Shown here one piece after another: positions 20,401 to 28,116 of a stretch of 64,000 bases of DNA; position 1 is the first letter of the stretch; each line of letters starts with the position of its first letter. Location: positions 212,033 through 276,032 of IMG/VR virus record IMGVR_UViG_3300005289_000016. One strand, 5' to 3'. Both the position numbers and the translations under genes were made by a program. Under the pieces are notes generated by a model, which worked only from the letters and a program-made list of their open reading frames with translations, did not search any database and was not told the origin of the DNA.

Positions 20401-21395
20401 CTGCTGACCCTAATGCCGATCCGGCAGCAGAGTTGGGTGATGCGTCTGACGTAGCGACCCTTGATGCTCCTGAGGGTGGTGAGGCTGCTGATCCTGCATT
20501 GGCAGACGTTGATGCACCGGTTGACCCAGATGCTGATCCTGACGCGGCTCCAGAGGTTCCTGATCTGGATGCTGAGCCAGGTGAACCTACTGATCCGGAT
20601 CTGGACATTCCAGGACCAGACGCAGAGCCTGCTACTCCAGAGGCACCAGCAGAACCGGATGCTGACGCACCGATCCCTGATGTAGAACCAGATGCTGAAC
20701 CTGCACCTGAAGTCGACCTTGACGCCCCTGAGCCAGAGGCCGATGCAGCCGCTCCTGATGCAGAACCGGTTGATCCGGACACTGCTCCTCAGGATGGTGA
20801 TGTAGAAGCTGTACCTGACACCACGCTGGGCGGTAACAACCTTGATGTAGCGGATCTGGATGCTGCGGACACTGCTGCTGCTGAGGTTGATGCTGAGAAC
20901 CCAGACTTGGCTCCTGAGCCACCTGTGGAAGAGACCGCTGATGCTGAACCTGCGGAGCTGGACATCCCTGACCCAGATGCTGAACCGACCGACCCTGTCG
21001 ATCCAGAAGCGCCTGTAGAAGAGGAACCAGCTGAGGTTGATCCTGATGCCCCAGTGGTAGAAGACACTGATCCGATAGATCCGGATGCAGAGCCTACTGA
21101 CCCCGTTGATCCTGACGTGGACCCAGTAGACCCTGTTGATCCAGTCGATCCTGATGCACCGGTTGAAGAACCAGAGCCTGAGGATGGATCTGATCCAGTA
21201 GAGCCTGCTCCTGAGGTAGATCCGGATGCCGATCCCGATGCTCCAGTAGTTGAGGAGGAAGAGGAGGAATCCGAAGAGGATAAGGAAGCCAGCAAGAATA
21301 AGCGTAAAGCTGATGCGGCTATCAAAGCGCTGAAGCTCCCTAACGAAGGGGGCATTCTTGATGGACTGCCTGACAACCCTGCACCTAAGGTGTAA
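17490..21395 (+). CDS. Portal protein (phiKZ gp129-like) with very long acidic C-terminal extension
   Basis: 1301 aa; LFQVLPDMD, GHPLVMHLPSESVIPIHVPG, IAFDYNEFGVGKSVLE and RRRHIQMFGL match the recalled jumbo-phage portal; S-x-E sites in the N-terminal third. Confidence 0.8.
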   Translation: MTDEVRRFTRFATNRSIPNEVKAAISKLGADPHGPGNQRKNMRLPDGRVLAHVANTTIGNIRDARNLFQVLPDMDYARQIVNSATISPGDLTDTKVLYTIKDASMDSNLSGPLLRKVQEFFDNSYRIRPLLQPILNDVLFETGSYPILIMPESSIDRIINADNYGGVSMESAVETLDGHLRQETDDKGNYVPWGILGNSGNAPAKVDSYTGVSFESLSFGHDRTIGNWDGEVKVSNFKVSLEQLLVDVEENKEARTKLTEASTKLVKLVEGKGSTIQVTDNLSILKRPMVVDAKRKIAVRRIYGGKLHQRASLESRAQSGDKEAMRNLAAVERSMYQKRRYQHVPVQPLLTHAQTGMDTYGHPLVMHLPSESVIPIHVPGNPSEHVGYYVMLDIDGNPINIADQSSYIDDIRSQMNNVDSYASQIIQQARRGFDGSGGMQNEIVDELGKVYSDTVERDLLARLRSGALSGNYELGKTENINRMMFARHMKGQKTVMLFVPPEMMTYIAFDYNEFGVGKSVLEDGKILGSIRASIMLANTLATLNNAVGGKTIEIELDPEDEDPVSTVEFMLSEHAKVNSQGFSKIIGSTHPLGLADQIQNHGVNVVVSGNSRYPETKFNVNQREGQNKPVDADFEETMRRRHIQMFGLSPEVMEGINQTDFATTVVQNNLMLLKRVIQNQEKFEPFLTDFVRRYVLNSGIFLTEMRQLITDNKQYLPEHITQDPALSGDEGLQVDAFLYEFIEALCVGLPAPEVGDIKKSMDSFDAYSEALDKVIDAYLNEEMFAADTSIGMEELIPNIKAVVKAEFQRRWLRHNNVMPELDVFNTVTEEEGSPVFDLLEATVEHVDGLNNSISEYVKRVVKAAKRRAKVLEKIATEKADLETAKNSATDAATGGDGGLGDGTDPTLDADPNADPSLDGGDGMDFDTDPNADPDADPDLADPNADPDADPNADPMADLDADPDADPADPDAADPNADPAAELGDASDVATLDAPEGGEAADPALADVDAPVDPDADPDAAPEVPDLDAEPGEPTDPDLDIPGPDAEPATPEAPAEPDADAPIPDVEPDAEPAPEVDLDAPEPEADAAAPDAEPVDPDTAPQDGDVEAVPDTTLGGNNLDVADLDAADTAAAEVDAENPDLAPEPPVEETADAEPAELDIPDPDAEPTDPVDPEAPVEEEPAEVDPDAPVVEDTDPIDPDAEPTDPVDPDVDPVDPVDPVDPDAPVEEPEPEDGSDPVEPAPEVDPDADPDAPVVEEEEEESEEDKEASKNKRKADAAIKALKLPNEGGILDGLPDNPAPKV
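20151..21290 (+). repeat. Low-complexity coding repeat (DADP/DP/EP-rich)
   Basis: About 380 codons made mostly of D, P, A, E and V with no K or R; gatcc/gatgc microrepeats. Confidence 0.9.
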
Positions 21396-21398
21396 CTG

Positions 21399-21430
21399 AA
21401 TAGGGAGGAGCCTTCGGGCTCCTTCTTATG
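21399..21430 (+). terminator. Intrinsic terminator after portal
   Basis: ggaggagcc-TTCG-ggctccttc followed by ttatg. Confidence 0.8.
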
Positions 21431-21581
21431 TTGTCTCTGTAATTTAATCCGAGTCGTCCTGATCCTCTGAGTAATTTCGAAATGCTATAAAAAGCATTGT
21501 CGGAGTGTAGCGGAGACAATGCGCTAGCGGAGGAGCGAAGCGACGACCTCTCTTATTCTTTATAGTGAACTGGGGACAAGG

Positions 21582-21794
21582 ATGATTAACATCAACATCG
21601 TAGCTGACATCCTGTTACTCATTGCATTGGCCATCAGTGCTGGGTGCAGTGCGTGGGTAGATGGTTACGTCAAACAAAAGAAACTAGAGGCTGTCACCGG
21701 AGCAGCTACCTTTGCCAGCACGTTACAGCTCCTCTTGTGTCTCATGCTCGTTGCCAAGATTGCAGTCCAGTTATCGCAAGGGGGTATCCGATGA
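21582..21794 (+). CDS. Small two-TM membrane protein
   Basis: 70 aa with two hydrophobic helices; ATGA overlap with the next gene. Confidence 0.6.
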   Translation: MININIVADILLLIALAISAGCSAWVDGYVKQKKLEAVTGAATFASTLQLLLCLMLVAKIAVQLSQGGIR

Positions 21795-22006
21795 ACTCTA
21801 TCGGCATGATCATCATGTTGGTATTCTGTTGTCTCATTCATCAGCACTTGGGTCGTTTAATCCGGTTGCTGAACTATACCCACATCCGAGAGGAGATGAG
21901 ACCTCTGCGCGGGATACGGTTGGTGATGGCAGGGTTCATCATTACCTATGCTGTATTGCTGATTAGACGTCATATCGACTTTGTTAACTTGGAATTCCTG
22001 TTATGA
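21791..22006 (+). CDS. Small two-TM membrane protein
   Basis: 71 aa from ATG 21791 (MNSIGMIIMLVFCC); translationally coupled at both ends. Confidence 0.6.
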   Translation: MNSIGMIIMLVFCCLIHQHLGRLIRLLNYTHIREEMRPLRGIRLVMAGFIITYAVLLIRRHIDFVNLEFLL

Positions 22007-22314
22007 GTGAAGCCGTCAAGCAAGAACTGAAGCGCATTGATGCTGAGATCGCTTACATCGACAAGATCATGTTGGCTATCCGTGAAGCGGCTGAAGAGAA
22101 GCGCCGCACCATGCACACCAAGCACCTAGAGTTCTGCCCGGATTCTCATCAACTCATGGAGCGCTTGGAGATCAAACGGGATGGTCTTCGGTCACGGCGT
22201 AGAAAGACTGAGATCTTCGAGGACATGCCTGAACGAAGGGCTGCTCTACGAGGTATCGCCGGCGCCCCTGCTCCAGTAGACGAACCTCCAGCCTCCCATT
22301 TCGTCATTCTTTGA
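22003..22314 (+). CDS. Hypothetical helical protein
   Basis: 103 aa; ATGA coupling. Confidence 0.6.
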   Translation: MSEAVKQELKRIDAEIAYIDKIMLAIREAAEEKRRTMHTKHLEFCPDSHQLMERLEIKRDGLRSRRRKTEIFEDMPERRAALRGIAGAPAPVDEPPASHFVIL

Positions 22315-22566
22315 ATTCTACTCAAAAGAATCTTGGCCCTACATCACTCTAGTGTCAACGATCGTTGCGATGTCTGTTGACACCCACAATGCACAGTAAA
22401 CCGGAGCAAGTGGTAAATAAATACTACGTCAGGTAATGATGTAGGAGAAGGTACCAGTCTCCGAAGGCAGCATCAGGCGCGCGGTCTGGCAATAGCCACC
22501 GCCCCTGACTGCCAATATGCCGTCGTGCAAAATCGTTCCTCTATCAGACACTATGGGAAGACCATT

Positions 22567-22761
22567 ATGGTAAATGCCGTAGAACCACGTCGCCGTAGCA
22601 GTGATCAGATTGTCGACACCATTTATGATGATCACTTGAAAGAAATGGAGATCAATAGCCCCGCAGCCCTCTCCCTTGTAAGACGGCTGTTGCAGGACTC
22701 TGTAGTCTTTCCAGTGACCTCCCCTAACCGTTACGGTAAACCGCTGCAACCAACGACGTAG
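22567..22761 (+). CDS. Possible small hypothetical protein
   Basis: 64 aa MVNAVEPRRR; weak SD. Confidence 0.3.
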   Translation: MVNAVEPRRRSSDQIVDTIYDDHLKEMEINSPAALSLVRRLLQDSVVFPVTSPNRYGKPLQPTT

Positions 22762-22923
22762 GCCCTACCCGTTCTAATCACACGCTAGACTCGTTAACGC
22801 AGTCTCCTTTTAGCGATACCCCAGTCACCTGCCATGTTGCGGGTCTACTCCCCATCTCCTAAAAGAGGATGATGGGGAGTAGGGGTATGTCTCTTTCACC
22901 CACAATAAACTAGGAGTAACACA

Positions 22924-23577
22924 GTGCACGTCAACCTTTATACCGACACGGAGTTCAACAGTGGAGGCGGTAAGCTGCTCTCTGCTGCTATGGTGAGCAG
23001 TCAAGGCCATCGTTGGTACGAGGCGATCCACCTGCCGGAAGATGTGAAGCTGGACTACTGGCCCAAGCATCACGTGATCCCGGTACTGGGCAAGGCACAG
23101 ATCACCCGGGATGCGATGTTGGAATCCCTGCTTCAGTTCCTCTGCCAGTTCGACAGTGTCACACTGGTGATCGACAACAACACTGACGCTAACCACTTCG
23201 CCAAGCTGTTTGAAGAAGTCAAAGCACCTGTGTTGATCGACATGTTGTTTGTTCGTCCTACCAAGGCGGTCAAGCACGTGTCCAAAGTCCCACACAACGC
23301 TCTCAGCGACGCTTACGGCTTGATGGAAGCGGTACTGGGGTCAACGGTGGTCGATCAACGTGGCGTCTCACCACGGGCCGTTTATACGGCTCTTGAACAA
23401 CGTCGTCTGGGTCTCAATGTCATCAACAGCGAATTCAAGTTCGTGGACCTTGATGCCAACGGCGATGTCATCGTAGAAGTCTTCCCTGTGAAGACCAGCA
23501 ACCGCACCACAGTAGATCGTTGGACCGATAACTACAATCACGCTATCGGTTCGATCCTGCTCACCCTACCCGCATAA
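22924..23577 (+). CDS. DEDD-family 3'-5' exonuclease (Rv2179c/DUF5051-like) with C-terminal extension
   Basis: GTG start after AGGAG; YTDTEF (ExoI) and HNALSDA (ExoIII). Confidence 0.75.
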   Translation: MHVNLYTDTEFNSGGGKLLSAAMVSSQGHRWYEAIHLPEDVKLDYWPKHHVIPVLGKAQITRDAMLESLLQFLCQFDSVTLVIDNNTDANHFAKLFEEVKAPVLIDMLFVRPTKAVKHVSKVPHNALSDAYGLMEAVLGSTVVDQRGVSPRAVYTALEQRRLGLNVINSEFKFVDLDANGDVIVEVFPVKTSNRTTVDRWTDNYNHAIGSILLTLPA

Positions 23578-23595
23578 CCACCTCGGAGCACCATC

Positions 23596-24315
23596 ATGCA
23601 AAACCCAGAAGCAATCACCACTCGCGTCGACCTCGTTGCCCAACCACCCTTCAAGAAGCAGCCTCCATCGCTTCCTCGCATTAACTACGACCAGACCCTG
23701 TACTCGCTGCATGTACAGTTCGAATGGCAAGGTTACTGTGTGCGCTTTATCGGCTACCTGTCGCCGGGTACCCAGTACACCAACCAACGCAAACTCGATC
23801 CAGCCATCAACCTGATCCTGACCCGCCTGATCGTCAATGACAAGGCCGGGAAATTCATCGAGGGATTCAATGAAGATGCTCCGCTGATGAAAGCATGGAA
23901 CGGTGACAAGCTGGTGTCAGTCGGTCAGATGTGCGATGAGCTGGGCATCGGTGACGAGCACATCAACATCTTCCTGCAACCGGGCAATCTCAGCGGTTGG
24001 GGTCTGAGCAAAGACTACGAGGACACTCCAGAACACAACGCCTTGGTCGAATTGCATGAGCAGGTAATCCCTCTCATGTTCAAATGCGGTCTGGGTGCAG
24101 TGAAGCTGCGGTGTGAAGACGGGCAGGTGGCGTTACTGGACATGTACCCTCTGGGTCTGTCTCAAGGCGACATGCCAGGGTTCTGCAAAGCCATGGTAAA
24201 GCTGGCGGGTAAACGTAATCTCACCATCCGTGCACATGGCGCTGGTGGTTCGACCTTCAAGCTGAACGAAGGCGAAAACCAGATCGTTCAGACATTCGCA
24301 TCCTTCGCGATGTGA
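23596..24315 (+). CDS. Hypothetical protein
   Basis: 239 aa; SD GGAG; followed by a terminator. Confidence 0.7.
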   Translation: MQNPEAITTRVDLVAQPPFKKQPPSLPRINYDQTLYSLHVQFEWQGYCVRFIGYLSPGTQYTNQRKLDPAINLILTRLIVNDKAGKFIEGFNEDAPLMKAWNGDKLVSVGQMCDELGIGDEHINIFLQPGNLSGWGLSKDYEDTPEHNALVELHEQVIPLMFKCGLGAVKLRCEDGQVALLDMYPLGLSQGDMPGFCKAMVKLAGKRNLTIRAHGAGGSTFKLNEGENQIVQTFASFAM

Positions 24316-24354
24316 CATAAAGGCCTAGGGGTAATCCCCTAGGCTTCTTTTTTC
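24316..24354 (+). terminator. Intrinsic terminator
   Basis: gcctagggg-taat-cccctaggc followed by a T-tract. Confidence 0.85.
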
Positions 24355-24375
24355 TTTGTTTAAATGCGATTCGAA

Positions 24376-24400
24376 TTTATTTCAACAATACATAGTTACA
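24376..24400 (+). promoter_or_regulatory. Putative phage (early-type) promoter motif, copy 2
   Basis: TTTATTTCAACAATACAT matches 58321-58338 with one mismatch; lies immediately after a terminator and before the small-gene island. Confidence 0.6.
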
Positions 24401-24454
24401 GTGAGCAAGGAGAATAATCTACCTGCCAATACTAACCTTGTAAGGAGTTACACC

Positions 24455-25012
24455 ATGGAAGCTAAACAAGCCGCTGTTCTGGGTGCCGGTGCTGTTGCAG
24501 TTGCTGGCCTGGGCTGGATGACCAAGCGCTTCTTGCAGAAGCGTGCAATCAAGAAAGCCATCACTCCTGCGGTAGTAGAGACTGCCAAGGACGCTGTAGA
24601 CATGTCCCGCCTCAATGCAAACAACCAGCTGATCGCTACGCTCAAACAAGCTGCTGCCAAGAAAGCAGCCGACATGAGCCCGCTGGAGAAATGCTTCGAT
24701 GCCTGGTACACCCGTATCGACACCCTGCTGGATTTCGATCCACGCTGGAAGAATGGCACCGGTTACTTCAACGGCGCTATGACTGTCGGTCTGGCCAATG
24801 GCAACATGGCGAAAGCCACTGGTGATTGTGGTCGTCGTCTGATCATGATCGGTACTGAGCACGGCACCGCTGTGTTCTTCGAGCGCTACACTCTGGGCCA
24901 TGGTCCATTCGTAGTCGTTCACAACACTGCCAGTCAGTTCCGGGAAGAACTCCCGAACGGCAGCCTGAGCGTTGAGCAATTCAACGACTTCCTCACCAAG
25001 CACATGAAGTAA
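24455..25012 (+). CDS. Hypothetical protein with N-terminal membrane anchor
   Basis: SD AAGGAG; AAVLGAGAVAVAGLGW followed by KRFLQKR. Confidence 0.75.
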   Translation: MEAKQAAVLGAGAVAVAGLGWMTKRFLQKRAIKKAITPAVVETAKDAVDMSRLNANNQLIATLKQAAAKKAADMSPLEKCFDAWYTRIDTLLDFDPRWKNGTGYFNGAMTVGLANGNMAKATGDCGRRLIMIGTEHGTAVFFERYTLGHGPFVVVHNTASQFREELPNGSLSVEQFNDFLTKHMK

Positions 25013-25021
25013 GGAGAGTTC

Positions 25022-25129
25022 ATGAAGAACATCCTCATCAGTGTGGCAACCATCCTTGCCATCCGGGTTGCAGTAGACGTCTACTGCACTTCCAGCTTCC
25101 GCAAGAAGCTGCTGGCCCGTAACTCTTAA
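25022..25129 (+). CDS. 35-aa single-TM micropeptide (not in ORF track)
   Basis: SD AAGGAGAG; MKNILISVATILAIRVAVDVYCTSSFRKKLLARNS. Confidence 0.65.
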   Translation: MKNILISVATILAIRVAVDVYCTSSFRKKLLARNS

Positions 25130-25171
25130 TAACCTCGGGGGTGGCAACACCCCCAACCCAGGAGAAACAAC

Positions 25172-25288
25172 ATGCGTGAATTTCTTATCGCTGCTGCTGT
25201 AATCGTGACTGTCAAAGTCGTCGTTCATGTATCGCTCAATGCGATCGCCCGCAAGTGCTTCGAAACCCAAGCACCGGCATCCCGCTAG
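25172..25288 (+). CDS. 38-aa single-TM micropeptide (not in ORF track)
   Basis: SD AGGAG; MREFLIAAAVIVTVKVVVHVSLNAIARKCFETQAPASR. Confidence 0.65.
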   Translation: MREFLIAAAVIVTVKVVVHVSLNAIARKCFETQAPASR

Positions 25289-25367
25289 TTGTATCAATCT
25301 GGAGGCTCTTCATCGAGAGCCTCTACATGATCCAATTACCCTACCCAGTATCATCGGAGATACAACC

Positions 25368-25910
25368 ATGAAAGTATTCACCTACAACCCTACCGCTGCA
25401 TGCGTCTCCCTGTCCCGCGTTGGTAAAGTCCGCGGTCTGACCGTGGAGTTCTCCCGGGGTAACGATGTAACCTTCCGTCGTCATGGTGCCGGTTACGAGC
25501 TGACTCGTATCAACCAAGACTACAGCTTCAACCTCTTCATGTTCACCAGCTCTGTTGATGAGTTGACTCATGACGAGAACGTGATGTTGGTTGCAGCGAT
25601 GCTGTGCCTGAACATCCATCAAGTAAAAGTGGGCTCCGAGCTGATCACCCTGGGTTCACCTACTGGTGTCATCCACACGATCATCATCGACAGCCCAACC
25701 CCACAACCAGTGCGTCATGCATCTGGCTGGGACAAGGCTAAAGAGTTCGGCGTAAGCGGTCACCGCAAAGCTGAGTCTCCTCGCCACACCCGTACCGCTG
25801 TAGAACCACTCCCATTGCCGAAGACCAAGAAAGGTTGGTTGGCACTGGGCGCTGTAGCTGCGCTTACTGTGGGTGCAATCGTACTCGCCGCAGCCGTAAC
25901 TGAAGAATAA
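25368..25910 (+). CDS. Hypothetical protein with C-terminal membrane anchor
   Basis: SD GGAG; 180 aa; ends KKGWLALGAVAALTVGAIVLAAAVTEE. Confidence 0.7.
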   Translation: MKVFTYNPTAACVSLSRVGKVRGLTVEFSRGNDVTFRRHGAGYELTRINQDYSFNLFMFTSSVDELTHDENVMLVAAMLCLNIHQVKVGSELITLGSPTGVIHTIIIDSPTPQPVRHASGWDKAKEFGVSGHRKAESPRHTRTAVEPLPLPKTKKGWLALGAVAALTVGAIVLAAAVTEE

Positions 25911-25935
25911 CTAACCCGCACCTAGGAGTCGCAAC

Positions 25936-26316
25936 ATGTCTCAAGTAATGACCGTAAACCAGATCCGCATCCAACTGGCTGTCCGTACCGCATGGGAAGA
26001 CAAGATCCATGGTGGCGTATCGAAATGCATGCAACAGATCAGCGCAAGCTTTGCTCGCAAGATCAAAGGTGAAAGCGACATGACCTTCCGCCATAAGGCG
26101 CTGGGTGAGATCGTCAAACGCCTGAATATCAACAGCATCCCTAAGGACGCCAAGCATGCCTTGGCTGCCCTGGATGTCTGCGACAAGCTGCCACGTGAAA
26201 TCATCGGCAACAAGCTCGATGGTATCGCGTTCAACAGCGACGAGATGGCCATGAAGCTGGCTGACATCGCCTGGGAAGAAGGCGCTAAGCACGGCCTCGA
26301 ACCACACGTCTACTAA
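25936..26316 (+). CDS. Hypothetical protein
   Basis: 126 aa; SD AGGAG. Confidence 0.75.
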   Translation: MSQVMTVNQIRIQLAVRTAWEDKIHGGVSKCMQQISASFARKIKGESDMTFRHKALGEIVKRLNINSIPKDAKHALAALDVCDKLPREIIGNKLDGIAFNSDEMAMKLADIAWEEGAKHGLEPHVY

Positions 26317-26327
26317 GGACTGCCACC

Positions 26328-26540
26328 ATGTGCAACAAATGCAGACCCCCTGTTACTGCCGCGTACTTCATCGACGACAAAGGTAACAAACGCGACATCA
26401 GCGAGCTCTCGCAAGTCATCGACGAGGTGGTGTTCCCTAAGCCGACTCCCGAACAGGCAAAAGCGTTCGAAGAGTTCTACGAGGCCATGAAGGACCATCC
26501 ACCGACACACGTTTACGCGTTGGATATACCCGACGAGTAA
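26328..26540 (+). CDS. Hypothetical protein (N-terminal CxxC)
   Basis: 70 aa; SD AAGGA; MCNKC. Confidence 0.65.
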   Translation: MCNKCRPPVTAAYFIDDKGNKRDISELSQVIDEVVFPKPTPEQAKAFEEFYEAMKDHPPTHVYALDIPDE

Positions 26541-26547
26541 CACCATT

Positions 26548-26579
26548 AAGAAAAGAGCCTTCGGGTTCTTTTCTTTTTC
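26548..26579 (+). terminator. Intrinsic terminator
   Basis: aagaaaagagcc-TTCG-ggttcttttctt plus T-tract. Confidence 0.8.
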
Positions 26580-26596
26580 TAACCAAGGGAATCAAC

Positions 26597-27337
26597 ATGA
26601 AACCAGAACGCTTGATCGTAGAGTGCCGAGGCAATCAAATCGGTCTCGAAGAACGCCTCCTCATGCAGCATGCTGAGGCCCACGACATCCCGGTGAAGAT
26701 CTATTACGAGAAGCACATGGCTCGTAACCAGATCCCACTGTCATCCACTGATCTGGTAGCGGGGAGTGTCCCTTTCATCAAGCATGCATTGCGTCAGTTC
26801 GGAAAGGAATTGCCTCCTGAGGATTCTTACCCTGAATGTTTGCACCATCACCTGCACCGAAAGGTTGCAAAGATGGATACGCTGCGAGATGCAAAGAACC
26901 TGATCGACGATGTCGGCTCGCACTTTGTTAAACCCGTCACCCTGAAACGTTTCACAGGCTTTGTCACCTGCGACTCCATGGACCCTCGATTCAATGGGGC
27001 GTCGGATAAAATGCCAGTGTGGGTAGGTAAGGTAGTTGAGTTCGTCAGCGAATGGCGATGCTACGTGGCTAACGGTTGCCTGCTCGATATACGTTTTGCC
27101 GATCATGGCGGGGATCGTAAGATCAAGCCTAACCGCGGCATCATCCTAGATGCTGTACGTGACCTGACAGAGTGCGCAGCGCCTGCCGGTTACGCGGTGG
27201 ACTTCGGTGTACTGTCTACTGGGCAGACTGCTCTGGTTGAACTCAACGATGGATTCTCCATCGGTGCGTACGATGGCATTGAACCTGGCATCTATTGGGA
27301 AGTCATCCAAGCCCGTTGGCAAGAGCTGATTGGCTAA
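26597..27337 (+). CDS. ATP-grasp domain protein (DUF4343 / R2K-like)
   Basis: FVKP..KRFTG, VEFVSEWRCYV, YAVDFGV and LVELNDGFSIGAY. Confidence 0.75.
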   Translation: MKPERLIVECRGNQIGLEERLLMQHAEAHDIPVKIYYEKHMARNQIPLSSTDLVAGSVPFIKHALRQFGKELPPEDSYPECLHHHLHRKVAKMDTLRDAKNLIDDVGSHFVKPVTLKRFTGFVTCDSMDPRFNGASDKMPVWVGKVVEFVSEWRCYVANGCLLDIRFADHGGDRKIKPNRGIILDAVRDLTECAAPAGYAVDFGVLSTGQTALVELNDGFSIGAYDGIEPGIYWEVIQARWQELIG

Positions 27338-27341
27338 GCGG

Positions 27342-27375
27342 CATAAGAGGGAGCCCTAGGGCTCCCTCTCACGTC
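27342..27375. terminator. Bidirectional terminator
   Basis: gagggagcc-ctag-ggctccctc between convergent genes; T-tract follows. Confidence 0.8.
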
Positions 27376-27390
27376 TTTCTTTTTTCTTTG

Positions 27391-28116
27391 TTACGCCACC
27401 CGAAGGTTGTTCGGGTGCAGGCCGTCCACGTACTTCTGAGCCACCTTGGCAGCAGCTTCAGCTTTGGTGATCAGACCATCGCGGTTGGCATCCAGGCCCT
27501 TGTTCTGAAGGTAGGCCTTGGTCTTGGTGTTCGCTTCACTGAACAGCACGTAGTCTTCAGGCTTGCCCACAGCAGTAGGTAGAAGTATCCTCATGTAGAT
27601 GTCACTGAGGGTCTTCAACTTGCCAGTGTACGGCTTGAAGAAGTTGTAGACGTAGTCGAGTTGTTGCTCGGCAGTCATCTTCAGCAACGCAGGGAGCGAG
27701 GTCTTCGAATCCTTCGCTGCCGCAGCGCCGAACTGAATCAGACCGTAGTACGGAGCACCTGCACCGTTGGCCACGGTAGGACTGAAGGTACCACCGGTCT
27801 CGAACGCCATGCAAGACATCAGCGTATCGGTACCGTCCCATGGCAAGGCCAGATCGGTAGCGATCTTGTTGGTCTTGCGCAGGAACTCATCGGAGACCTT
27901 GGCAGACCACGCAGGAGCCTTGCAGTAAGCGAACAGGGTCGCATTGATACCATCGGCAGCCGTCGATGGCTTCGACATGTTCACGGCCTTACGGCGAGCG
28001 TTCAGGAAGGCACCGTGGGATGCCCCACCCCAGATACCGTCGATGACGCCAGCGTAGAAACCCAGCGCTTTGAGGTTACGCTGAAGTTCCTTCAGTTGTT
28101 CTTTAGTTGCCGCCAT
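27391..28116 (-). CDS. Endolysin/lytic transglycosylase with N-terminal peptidoglycan-binding domain
   Basis: LQRNLKALGFYAGVIDGIWG (PG-binding motif); CMAFETG (catalytic E) and YYGLIQFG; NKGLDANRDGLIT. Confidence 0.85.
   Translation of the reverse strand: MAATKEQLKELQRNLKALGFYAGVIDGIWGGASHGAFLNARRKAVNMSKPSTAADGINATLFAYCKAPAWSAKVSDEFLRKTNKIATDLALPWDGTDTLMSCMAFETGGTFSPTVANGAGAPYYGLIQFGAAAAKDSKTSLPALLKMTAEQQLDYVYNFFKPYTGKLKTLSDIYMRILLPTAVGKPEDYVLFSEANTKTKAYLQNKGLDANRDGLITKAEAAAKVAQKYVDGLHPNNLRVA

Noticed and set aside
20151-21290. Repeats considered as a CRISPR array or VNTR
   Set aside because: Imperfect, codon-phased, inside an ORF, with no constant repeat/spacer structure and no cas genes.
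19928-21376. G/S/A-rich minus-strand ORFs
   Set aside because: Reverse-complement reading of the portal low-complexity tail.
22429-22749. 106-aa minus-strand ORF in the intergenic gap
   Set aside because: TTG start without SD, opposite to the surrounding transcription direction, no motifs.
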